Source of the DNA: Gemmataceae bacterium
GTDB taxonomy: Bacteria > Planctomycetota > Planctomycetia > Gemmatales > Gemmataceae
Assembly: GCA_022842245.1 (NCBI GenBank)
Contig: JALHPZ010000001.1
Location: 1 to 64,000, forward strand
DNA: 64,000 nucleotides
Reading direction: 5' to 3'
A program made the position numbers and the translations under genes. The notes under the pieces are model-generated. The model had not been told where the DNA came from and searched no databases. It worked only from the letters and a program-made list of their open reading frames with translations. Shown here piece by piece: positions 1 through 7,853 of the stretch; position 1 is the first letter of the stretch; each line of letters starts with the position of its first letter.

Positions 1-339
1 GATCGCCCGCGCCGCCCGCACCGGCCGCGTCCGGCCCATCCATGCCGCCGCCCGGCCGAATCGCGTCGCGGGCCGACCGCCGGCGGACGGCGTTTCCGAA
101 CGGTCCCGGCCGAGGGCCGTGGCGATCGCCTTCGCGCTCACGTTGCCGAACGTCTCGGCGATCCGGTGCCAGTCGGTCGATTCGCCGGATCGGGGTTCAG
201 TCCGCGGCCCGGCCCGGCCCGCCTCCGTCGCGAGGGTCGCCGTCGCCGACGGCGGGCGGTTGGCCGCGAGCCGTTCCATTGTCGCGGACAGACGTTCGAG
301 GGCGGCCATCAATTCCGATTCGCTGCGGTCGATGCTCAT
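1..339 (-). CDS. hypothetical protein, 3' partial (runs off window). Translationally coupled just downstream of the terminase small-subunit gene
   Basis: ATG at 339..337 is preceded by GAAGGAG, 7 nt upstream, which overlaps the TGA stop (345..343) of the upstream gene. The frame stays open to the window edge (MSIDRSESELMAALERLSATMERLAANRPP...). Not in the supplied ORF list because it has no stop inside the window. No recognisable domain. Confidence 0.35.
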   Translation of the reverse strand, partial: MSIDRSESELMAALERLSATMERLAANRPPSATATLATEAGRAGPRTEPRSGESTDWHRIAETFGNVSAKAIATALGRDRSETPSAGGRPATRFGRAAAWMGRTRPVRAARAI

Positions 340-342
340 GGT

Positions 343-954
343 TCACTCCTTCGAGGGGGTTGGTTCGATTCCGAGTTCGGCGGCGACGAGCCGCCGGAGG
401 TCGGGCGAGAGCCGGCGGAGCAGGTCCGCGAGCGGGGCTTCGTCCCGGAACAGCCCGAGGTGACGGGCCAGCTTGTCGAGGGCGCCGAGTTTGTCGTGCA
501 TCGTCACTTCCCACTTTTCGATTCGGCCCTGTCCGTCAGGCAGCACCCGGACGGTGGCCTTGAGCGACCGGAGCGACTTCCGCGCTTCCGCCGTCACCTG
601 GCGGGCGGGCTTCAACCGGTGCGGTCCGTCGGCGGCGAAGTCCACCACGTCGCCGATGTCCCCGAACGCGATGGCCGCCAGCTCGCGCACGACGCGGTCC
701 GCGTCCTCCGCGCACCGGGCGCGGAGGCTCGCCTGCGCCGCACGCACTTCGCGGCGGACTGCCGGCACCCGGAGCAGCTTCGACGACTCCACGCACGCCG
801 AGCGGTAGGAGCGGGGGCGGCCGCGGACCATGCGGCCGAACGCCGCGAAGTACGCGCGCACGCCGTTCAGGTCGATGAGGTACTCGTCGACGAACCGCCG
901 GCGACGCGCGGCCGCGTCGGATCGGGATTCGGGAACTGGCGGAGTCTTCGCCAT
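343..954 (-). CDS. phage terminase small subunit homolog (Terminase_2 / P27-like family)
   Basis: 203 aa. Motif RRRRFVDEYLIDLNGVRAYFAAFG matches the conserved F-x-x-EYLIDLNxxxAxxxAG N-terminus of terminase small subunits. Later ELAAIAFGDIGDVVDF resembles the conserved ELAxIAFxDIxD segment. Confidence 0.6.
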   Translation of the reverse strand: MAKTPPVPESRSDAAARRRRFVDEYLIDLNGVRAYFAAFGRMVRGRPRSYRSACVESSKLLRVPAVRREVRAAQASLRARCAEDADRVVRELAAIAFGDIGDVVDFAADGPHRLKPARQVTAEARKSLRSLKATVRVLPDGQGRIEKWEVTMHDKLGALDKLARHLGLFRDEAPLADLLRRLSPDLRRLVAAELGIEPTPSKE

Positions 955-1436
955 GGCGCTCGCACCTTAGGGGTTCTCAGGGAGCCGGTGCAGATGCCCG
1001 CACCCCGGCCGGTCCGGTCGATGGACGTTCACCGGTGGTCGTCTGTTCCTGTCGCGCCTGAATTCGCGGCCCGTGATGGTCGTTTGGCGAGGAAGGCCCC
1101 TGTCGGCCCCGGATTCGCGTTCCGGGCTTCGTCCGGCTTTCCGGGCCATCCGGGGCGGCGATCGCGCGCCATTCGCGGCCGTAGCGCATCACGCGGCCCT
1201 CCGGTGAGTGGCGGGCGCGGCATCGACGAGCGAGAGGATGGCGAGGCGGATGGGTTCGGGCAGAGTGGTCCACGCGGCCACGACGCGGGCGAGGTCAGCA
1301 GGAACTGCACCGGATTCTGCACCGCACGATTTGATAGGTGAGCGTTTTTCGCTGGATTTCAAGGGCAAAACGTCGGGCGGTTCGAATCCCCGCAGGGTCA
1401 CATTGGCACCCCGACCGTGTCCGTCCGGGTGCGACA

Positions 1437-1485
1437 CAAGCCGACGGGAAGCCTTGTTTTCAAGGGTTCCCGTCGGCTTTGTTAT
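1437..1485 (+). terminator. nested stem-loop followed by a T-rich tract inside a ~750 bp noncoding, AT-richer region
   Basis: CGACGGGAA-gccttgttttcaaggg-TTCCCGTCG is a 9-bp stem enclosing a second small hairpin (ccttg tttt caagg), then GCTTTGTTATT. Function unknown (terminator, attenuator or ncRNA element). Confidence 0.25.
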
Positions 1486-1707
1486 TACATGCGGATCTCA
1501 CCCGATCCAAACGGACGCGGTCGATTTTCTACTTGATGGGGACTCAAGAACGGCGAGTGTCCGATTCGCCAACGTTGTCCAAGACATTGACTTGTGAGCC
1601 GCCGGAGCAATTCGATTTTAGGTCCGACACAATATAGAACCGGTACGGAAATCATCGTCCGCGAGTTCCTCTTCCCGATCCACTTGAAGCAATGATACAA
1701 CGGTGCC

Positions 1708-2298
1708 ATGCTTGCACGCATACTCGTTTCGCTGTTAATCTTCGGTATTGTCGCGGTGCCGCTGCTCTACCGCGTGTCCCAGGACAGGCGCTACCGGAAC
1801 CTGCACGTCGTCGAGGAGGGACGGCTCTACCGGAGCGGCCAGCTCACGCCGGAAGGGTTCGAACGGGTCCTTCGCGAGTTGCGCGTCGGGACCGTCGTGA
1901 GCATGCGCGAGACGAAGAACGAGAATCAGGAATATCAGGATGGATTCGAAGAGGAAATCTGCCGCCGGTTGGGGGTGCGCTACGAGCGGTTTGGCTACCT
2001 CGACTGGTCTGCGCCGGACGGCACAATGCCGGCGATGGCGAACATCCGGAAATTTCTACAGCTGTTCGACGACACGGACTCGCCGAAGCCGGTGCTCGTT
2101 CACTGCTTCGCGGGCATCCACCGCACGGGCGTGCACGTGGCGGCGTATCGGGTCGATCAAAACGGCTGGACGAACGCCGAGGCGATAGCGGAACTGCGTT
2201 GGATGGGGACGCGGCGGACGACGTTCGCGGACAATCTGGTGGAGTTCGTGCGCGCCTTGAAGCCTCGCGCGGTGGGCGGCGCGCGGCCGGAGCGGTAG
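1708..2298 (+). CDS. membrane-anchored dual-specificity / tyrosine protein phosphatase (CX5R, Siw14/Y_phosphatase2-like)
   Basis: 196 aa with an N-terminal TM helix. Active-site loop VHCFAGIHRTG (HCx5R+T/G). GRLYRSGQ...VGTVVSMR is typical of the plant/fungal-type DSP family. Paralogous to 3553..4602. Confidence 0.7.
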   Translation: MLARILVSLLIFGIVAVPLLYRVSQDRRYRNLHVVEEGRLYRSGQLTPEGFERVLRELRVGTVVSMRETKNENQEYQDGFEEEICRRLGVRYERFGYLDWSAPDGTMPAMANIRKFLQLFDDTDSPKPVLVHCFAGIHRTGVHVAAYRVDQNGWTNAEAIAELRWMGTRRTTFADNLVEFVRALKPRAVGGARPER

Positions 2299-2313
2299 AA
2301 TGCGGGTGTCGTC

Positions 2314-2398
2314 GCGAGGATGGCGGAATTGGCAGACGCACAAGATTTAGGTTCTTGCGGCCGTAAGGCTGTGGGGGTTCAAGTCCCCCTCCTCGCAA
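2314..2398 (+). tRNA. tRNA-Leu (anticodon TAG), class II with long variable arm
   Basis: Acceptor GCGAGGA/TCCTCGC; D-arm TGGCGGAATTGGCAGACGCA; anticodon stem CAAGA/TCTTG with loop TTTAGGT (anticodon TAG); long variable arm GGCCGTAAGGCTGT; T-arm GGGGGTTCAAGTCCCCC; discriminator A. Confidence 0.85.
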
Positions 2399-2441
2399 TT
2401 CGCCCCCATTCGGTCCTCTTCATCCGCAAGGCGCGTGTCCC

Positions 2442-2762
2442 ATGATCGACGGCTCCGACGATGTCGTGAAGGTGGCGGTCGGTACGCTCGCGGAGATCAA
2501 CGAACAAGCTGGCCGATTACACGCCGATGGCGTCCGTTGCCGGGTGGTCGGCGACGATCTCACGGCAGGTTTGGGTACGATGATTCCCGGATCCGTCGAA
2601 TTGTGGGTCCTGGCTGCGGACGCGGATCGCGCCGCCGCGGTTCTGTCCGGCGAATTCGACGCGCCGGATCGTCCGCCGTTTCCCCATCCGACTTCGGACC
2701 CGAAACCGGACCGCAGCGACGGTCCGCACCATTTTCCGACTCGGCATCGGCCGAGTAACTAA
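2442..2762 (+). CDS. hypothetical protein, DUF2007-like (putative signal-transducing protein fold) N-terminus with a Pro-rich tail
   Basis: 106 aa, starts right after the tRNA. VKVAVGTLAEINEQAGRLHADGVRCRVVGDD resembles DUF2007. Low-complexity C-terminus. Confidence 0.4.
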   Translation: MIDGSDDVVKVAVGTLAEINEQAGRLHADGVRCRVVGDDLTAGLGTMIPGSVELWVLAADADRAAAVLSGEFDAPDRPPFPHPTSDPKPDRSDGPHHFPTRHRPSN

Positions 2763-2837
2763 CTTCTCCAGTCGGGGAAGTCTGGCTCATTTCGCCAGAT
2801 TCCCCAAGCCGATGATACTCGCAAGGATTCCCAATCT

Positions 2838-3512
2838 TTGCGAGCCCCGGCCATGGCGCGCTGGGTATGGTTGCTCATTCCACTCGTCTGCGGCTGTGTT
2901 GCATTCCGCCCGCATGTCGCGCCGGAACCGGACGAGCCGATCGACCACCTAGCCCTCGCCGCGGACGCGCTCGATCGCGGCGACGAACGTACCGCCAGCT
3001 TGCGTTTCGCGGCCCACCTTCATGACTTCCCCGACGATGCCGCCACGCTGTTCCAACTGGCGGAACTGCTCTTCAAACAGGATCGTACCACCGAGGCGTA
3101 TCGCGAGTTCGAAGCGTTCGTGTCGGTCGCCCAACCCGCGACGGGGCCTGTCCGGAAGCTATTGCCACACGCCCATACCCGACTCATGCAGCTCGCGCAG
3201 GAGTCGGACGACGCGGCGGCGGAGCAACTCCACCGCGGCATCGGTCTAGTCGTCCTCGCGATGCAATGGGACGCTGCCCCGGATCGGGCGGACGATGGAT
3301 TGGAGCATCGGACGTTGATGAAAGCCGTTCGAGCCTTGAGGGCTGCGCGGGGCGCACATCCGGCCCGCGCGAATCTCTACCTCGCACTGGCGTACGATCG
3401 ACTGGGGCAACTTTCGGCCGTGCGATCCGCACTGCGGAACGCCGAGGCCGCCAACCCGTTCGCACTGACTCCCTGGGAGCGCGACCGGCTGGCCGCCCTC
3501 GGATCACAATGA
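2838..3512 (+). CDS. hypothetical lipoprotein with TPR-like helical repeats
   Basis: 224 aa. Signal peptide MRAPAMARWVWLLIPLVCGC. Alpha-helical Ala/Leu-rich body. Confidence 0.5.
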   Translation: MRAPAMARWVWLLIPLVCGCVAFRPHVAPEPDEPIDHLALAADALDRGDERTASLRFAAHLHDFPDDAATLFQLAELLFKQDRTTEAYREFEAFVSVAQPATGPVRKLLPHAHTRLMQLAQESDDAAAEQLHRGIGLVVLAMQWDAAPDRADDGLEHRTLMKAVRALRAARGAHPARANLYLALAYDRLGQLSAVRSALRNAEAANPFALTPWERDRLAALGSQ

Positions 3513-3552
3513 CCTTTCCAAGCCGCTCCGAATTTGGCAGACTCCGCCCCTT

Positions 3553-4602
3553 ATGCTACGCGATCTCCTTCGGCAGAAACTGCCCAAGCTCACCCTGCGT
3601 CGCCCACGTGCCCGCTCGGTCGTCCGCCTCGTACTCGTGCTGGCCTTGCTGCCGGTCGGGCTGGAGGCGGCACGCGTGCTCGTCGGGAATAACCGGCACG
3701 AGGTCCTGCCCGGCCGCGTCTATCGCAGCAACCAGCCGTCGCCGGCGGCGCTGCGCGAGTTCCTCGCCTCGCACGAGATCAAGACGGTCATCAACCTGCG
3801 CGGGCATTGTCCCGGCGATCACACGCCGTGGTACAAGGAGGAAATCCGCGCGACCAGCGAGTTGGGCGTCAGCCACGAGGACATCACGTTCAGTGCCAAC
3901 CGACTGCCGGCACCATCGGAATTGAAGCGTCTGGTCGAAGTGCTGGACCGGTCCGAATACCCGATCCTCTTCCACTGCAAGCAAGGGGCGGACCGCACCG
4001 GCCTGACGGCGGCGCTCGTCCTGTTGCTGTACACCGACGCCACGCTCGATCGCGCCCGGCGTCAGCTCTGGCCTCGCTATGGCCATTTCCGCTTCGGCCG
4101 TACAGCCGCGATGGACGAGTTCTACGACCGGTACGAATCCTGGCTCGCCGGCCGCGCCCACGCGCCGGCTCTCGTCCGCGAGTGGATCGCGAACCACTAC
4201 AGCCCCGGCCCCGCCTCGGGTACGCTGCTCGTGCGAGACGGAAAGGACACCTGGCCGGCGATACGTGGAGCATGGACTGCCGTGCCGGTCGTCGCACACA
4301 ACACCTCCGGCGAGGCGTGGGAGTTCCAGCCCGGCCATCATGCCGGCATCCACGTCGAATTCAGTATCTACAACCTCGCCGGCCACAAGGTCCACGCCGG
4401 GATGGCCGGGTTGTTCCGACGAACCGTCAAGCCCGGCGAGTCGATCGAACTGACGCTGGCGGTTCCGCCCATCGATCATCCTGGCGTCTACATCCTGCAC
4501 GCGGACTTGATGGACGGCACCGCCGCCGCCGTGCCGATCCGCCAAACGGGTTTCTACCAGTTCGGCTGCGACCCGCTCATGATGCATCTGGTCGTGAAAT
4601 GA
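3553..4602 (+). CDS. DSP/tyrosine phosphatase domain protein with extra C-terminal domain (paralog of 1708..2298)
   Basis: 349 aa with an N-terminal TM. GRVYRSNQ...IKTVINLRG and the FHCKQGADRTG CX5R loop align with the first phosphatase. Residues 180-349 are an uncharacterised domain. The overlapping minus-strand ORF 3556..4932 is judged a GC artefact. Confidence 0.65.
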   Translation: MLRDLLRQKLPKLTLRRPRARSVVRLVLVLALLPVGLEAARVLVGNNRHEVLPGRVYRSNQPSPAALREFLASHEIKTVINLRGHCPGDHTPWYKEEIRATSELGVSHEDITFSANRLPAPSELKRLVEVLDRSEYPILFHCKQGADRTGLTAALVLLLYTDATLDRARRQLWPRYGHFRFGRTAAMDEFYDRYESWLAGRAHAPALVREWIANHYSPGPASGTLLVRDGKDTWPAIRGAWTAVPVVAHNTSGEAWEFQPGHHAGIHVEFSIYNLAGHKVHAGMAGLFRRTVKPGESIELTLAVPPIDHPGVYILHADLMDGTAAAVPIRQTGFYQFGCDPLMMHLVVK

Positions 4603-4621
4603 CCGGCCCGGAGATTCCCGG

Positions 4622-5593
4622 ATGAATCTGCTCTCCGTCGTGATACCGCTCAAGGACGAGCGCGAAAACGTCAGGCCTCTGTACGAGAAACTCCGCGACG
4701 CCCTCCGCGGCGTGGCGAGGTGGGAAGTCGTTTTCGTGGACGACGGCAGCGGCGACGGCACCTTCGACGTTCTGACGGAACTGGCCGCGGTCGACCGGCG
4801 GGTGAAGGTGGTGCGGCTGCGGCGGAACTTCGGCCAGGCCGCCGCCACGCAGGCTGGATTCGACGTCGCTGCCGGCGACGTCATCGCCACCATGGACGGA
4901 GACGTGCAGAACGACCCCGCCGATCTGCCCATGATGCTTGCGAAGCTCGACGAAGGCTACGACGCCGTGCTCGGTCTGCGCGAGAAGCGGCAGGACAAGT
5001 TCCTCCTCCGGAAGGTGCCGAGCCTCTGCGCGAACTGGCTCATCCGCAAGGTGCTCGGCGTTCCCTTCAAAGACTTCGGCTGCGCCCTGCGCGTGGTGCG
5101 CCGCGAGTTCATCGACGGCCTCTCGCTCTACGGCGAGATGCATCGGTTCATCACGGCCCTGCTTATCCAACAGGGCGCAAAAGTCGCGCAGGTGCCCGTC
5201 CGCCACCATCCGCGCACGGCCGGGCAGTCGAAGTACAACCTCACGCGCACGATCCGCGTCGTCCTCGACCTGATGACCGTGAAGTTCCTTGCGAGCTATC
5301 AGACTCGTCCGATGCACCTCTTCGGGGGCGTCGGGTTGATCTTTCTCGCGCTCGGCCTCGTCAGCCTTCTCGCCAGCATCGTGATGAAGTACACCACCGG
5401 CCCCGGCATGACGGCGAACCCGCTCTTCCTCATCGGAGTGATGGTCGAATTGATCGGCGTGCAGTTCCTGAGCTTGGGCCTCATCGGCGAAGTCATGGCG
5501 CGCATCTATTTCGAGAGCCAGGGCAAACCGCCGTACGTGGTGCGAGACCGGCGGAACATCGACGAATCGGCGGGCATGCGTCGGGCCGCGTGA
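4622..5593 (+). CDS. family 2 glycosyltransferase (polyprenol-phosphate / dolichyl-phosphate sugar transferase, GtrB/ArnC/DPM1-like)
   Basis: 323 aa. VVIPLKDERENV...VVFVDDGSGDGT...ATMDGDVQNDP are classic GT2 DxD/DGS motifs. C-terminal TM helices. Confidence 0.85.
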   Translation: MNLLSVVIPLKDERENVRPLYEKLRDALRGVARWEVVFVDDGSGDGTFDVLTELAAVDRRVKVVRLRRNFGQAAATQAGFDVAAGDVIATMDGDVQNDPADLPMMLAKLDEGYDAVLGLREKRQDKFLLRKVPSLCANWLIRKVLGVPFKDFGCALRVVRREFIDGLSLYGEMHRFITALLIQQGAKVAQVPVRHHPRTAGQSKYNLTRTIRVVLDLMTVKFLASYQTRPMHLFGGVGLIFLALGLVSLLASIVMKYTTGPGMTANPLFLIGVMVELIGVQFLSLGLIGEVMARIYFESQGKPPYVVRDRRNIDESAGMRRAA

Positions 5594-5631
5594 TCGTGTA
5601 GAATAGCGGTTAGCCGACCGGAGGGGCGAGG

Positions 5632-5835
5632 ATGGCAAGCGAATTCGAACCGCGCGAGTACACGCCCGAAGAGCTTCGCAAGATCTATGCGAAATTCGAG
5701 AAGGAATTCACGTGTGAAAAGTTGATCGAGTACATCGAGGACGACGACAAAAAGTTTCCGATTGAGGACGTATTGGCCGAGGCGGAGGAAATCGTCCGTT
5801 CGTATGAACAATCGCCTAGGAAGAATCGGTCATGA
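5632..5835 (+). CDS. small acidic hypothetical protein, putative antitoxin of a TA-like cassette
   Basis: 67 aa. Lower-GC codon usage than the flanks. Stop overlaps the next ATG as ATGA (5832..5835). RBS-like GGAGGGG upstream. Confidence 0.4.
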   Translation: MASEFEPREYTPEELRKIYAKFEKEFTCEKLIEYIEDDDKKFPIEDVLAEAEEIVRSYEQSPRKNRS

Positions 5836-6150
5836 GTGGTGCGAATGACTCGTCGCATCCGCGCTATCGTGTGGTGCTGATTGGTCTCGCCAAGGAAGAA
5901 TTTCTCGCATTGGTCCGCCTTGCGTCCGAGGGGGAAAATCCCAACGATTAATCGACTCGCTCCGAGCCGCCGAAACCATTCTGGAGTCGAATCCGATCGC
6001 GGGTGGTGAACTGCTCTATCGACTGCACAAAATGAAGATGGTCATTTGCCGAATCGTCAGCCCGCCGCTTTACATCGAAAATGGCGTGCATTCCGATCGG
6101 CCCGTCGTCATCATCCGACGTGTGGCTACGCTTTGGCAAGGATTGGACTG
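5832..6150 (+). pseudogene. RelE/ParE-superfamily toxin-like gene interrupted by a -1 frameshift near 5945-5951
   Basis: Frame 0: MSGANDSSHPRYRVVLIGLAKEEFLALVRLASEGENPND*. It continues in another frame as ...LIDSLRAAETILESNPIAGGELLYRLHKMKMVICRIVSPPLYIENGVHSDRPVVIIRRVATLWQGLD*. Together these resemble the ParE layout (N-terminal Y-x-L...A...L helix, then P..G......YR.....V.I.RV). The shift sits at a GGGGAAAATCCCAACGATTAAT low-complexity run. Confidence 0.3.
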
Positions 6151-6187
6151 AACGAAACGGCCGCCCCGTTCGGAGCGGCCGGGAATC

Positions 6188-7287
6188 TTACAGCAAATTG
6201 ACCACGCGGTCGGCCAGGCCCTTCTCGCCCAGCACGACGCTGAGCTTGCCGCCGGCAGCCACGCGTTCCACCACCTCGAGTTCCCGCAGCTTGAGCAGCG
6301 TCGGGTTCTCGGCGAGCAGCTTCGCCGTGTTCGCCTGGTGACGCAGGGCGGCGGCCTCCTCGCGCCGGGTGATGACCGCGGCCTCCGCCGCCGTCCGGGC
6401 TTCGATAACGCGGTTGAGCAGGTCCTTCATCTCGCCGGGCAGGATGATGTCCCGCACGCCGAGCGCGACCAGCTCGAGGCCGACCGTCGCCGCCTTGGCC
6501 CGCGCGATCTCGGCGAGGTCCTTCGCCAGCGCGTCCTTGTCCGCCAGCAGCGCGTCGAGCGTGCGACCCCTACGGCGGCCCGCACGGCGAGCTGCACCTC
6601 GCGGTACAGCGCCTGCTTCGCGTCGTCGGTCACGGTCACGGCCCGAACGGGGTCGGCTACGCGGAACGCACCCACCGCCGTCAGCCGCAGCGTGACGCGG
6701 TCGGCCGTCAGCACCTCCTGGCCCGGCACCTCCAGCGCCTGCTCCCGGCGGTCAACGCGCGCGAGCTTCACCGCGCCGCGGTTCCGCCAGAAGGCGTACC
6801 GGCCCGGCGCCAGCGTCTCGACGTACCGGCCGTCGACGAACAGCACGCCCGCGTGATCCGCCGGCACGTCCTGCACGTCGAGTAGCGCGGCCGCGTTCTT
6901 GCCCGCCAGGATCGCGTCGCGGTCGGCGTGCGCGAAGCGCACGTCCACCAGCTTCACGATCTCCGTGCGGATGCGGCGGAAGCCCGTCCAGAGCGCGTAG
7001 CGACCCGGCGGCAGCACGGCGTCGAACCGGCCGTCGATCCAGACCAGCCCGCGCTCGTCGTCGGCGAGGTCGAGCACAACGGCCTTGCCCTCGAGCGCAC
7101 CGCTCGCGGCGATCAGGTCCAGCTGTTCGTGCGCCAGCCACGGCGCGCGCCGGCTTACGATCTCGATCGTCTCCCGGCCGAGCGGGTTCATCCGCCAGTA
7201 CACGCCCGGGTCGAGCAGGTTCTGGAATGCGCCGTCCCGGAATACGAGGCCGTACTCGAACGGACGAACGGTGATCGTGTGGAACAT
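6188..7287 (-). CDS. SPFH/band-7 (stomatin/prohibitin-like) domain protein with N-terminal triple repeat; frameshift in C4 run at 6567..6570
   Basis: ATG 7287..7285 with RBS GGGAGGA. N-terminal repeats FRDGAFQNLLDPGVYW, WIDGRFDAVLPPGRYALW and FVDGRYVETLAPGRYAFW. SPFH core REQALEVPGQEVLTADRVTLRLTAVGAFRV. The frame breaks after ...REVQLAVRAAVG; the C-terminal part (GRTLDALLADKDALAKDLAEIARAKAATVGLELVALGVRDIILPGEMKDLLNRVIEA...) continues in a -1 frame. Inserting one G into the GGGG run (C-run on plus strand) restores the frame. Confidence 0.7.
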
Positions 7288-7574
7288 GACATCCTCCCTC
7301 TTCCAATAAAAGCCGACGGCGGCGATGGACCGTGCGGACCGTCGCGGCCCGGCGAACCTCGCGGGAGCGGGCCGTCTGTTCCGCTCGGACCGACCACTCG
7401 CGGCTTCGAAGGTGGGCGCTTCGAAGCCGGTCGCGGGGCTGGAGCGGACGGAGGGACCGCCTGCGCGTCGATCGCGGGTGGGCCGGAACGGGCGAGCCGA
7501 GGCTCCCCCGCGCAATCCGATCGCCGCCGCCGGACGTGAGACGCAGTAGTTGCGTCGAGTCGAGCTTTTCAGAC

Positions 7575-7648
7575 TCGTTGGGTACCGGAGTCGAACCGGT
7601 AACTTCCAGATTCAGGATCTGGTGCTCTTACCATTTGAGCTAACCCTG
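7575..7648 (-). tRNA. tRNA-Gln(CUG)-like sequence with defective acceptor stem, probably a pseudogene or remnant
   Basis: Minus-strand read CCAGGGT-TA-GCTC-AAATGGTAA-GAGC-A-CCAGA-TCCTGAA-TCTGG-AAGTT-ACCGG-TTCGACT-CCGGT-ACCCAAC-G. The D-arm, anticodon arm (CTG) and T-arm (TTCGACT loop) are good. The acceptor stem pairs only 4 of 7 bp (CCAGGGT vs ACCCAAC) and position 33 is C, not U. Confidence 0.4.
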
Positions 7649-7805
7649 GGTGCATCGAAGCGGCCGGTTTCGAATCCGCAACGGAACGCGGCCCCGCGAC
7701 GGAGAGGCTCCGGCGGACCGCGCCGCACGGCCAAATCCGCGGCGACGCGTGGGAGAGGACAGGCGGGATGAAACGGGGTTCGGGCGAATCAGCACACTTA
7801 GAGAT

Positions 7806-7835
7806 GAAAACGGCGACGGTTCGAACCGTCGCCGT
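7806..7835 (-). terminator. rho-independent terminator downstream of sucD
   Basis: 10-bp stem ACGGCGACGG/CCGTCGCCGT with loop TTCGAA. Followed on the minus strand by TTTTCATCTC. Confidence 0.55.
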
Positions 7836-7853
7836 GGGAAGAGTCGTTGGTCG

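Noticed and set aside
3556-4932. 458-aa minus-strand ORF overlapping the phosphatase and GT2 genes
   Set aside because: Antisense to two well-supported plus-strand genes. Arg/Ala/Gly-rich composition typical of spurious ORFs in high-GC DNA. No motif.
7575-7648. Alternative reading of the tRNA-like element on the plus strand
   Set aside because: The plus-strand fold gives a non-canonical T-loop (AGTCGAA, TTACCATTT). The minus strand gives canonical TTCGACT and an AAATGGTAA D-loop.
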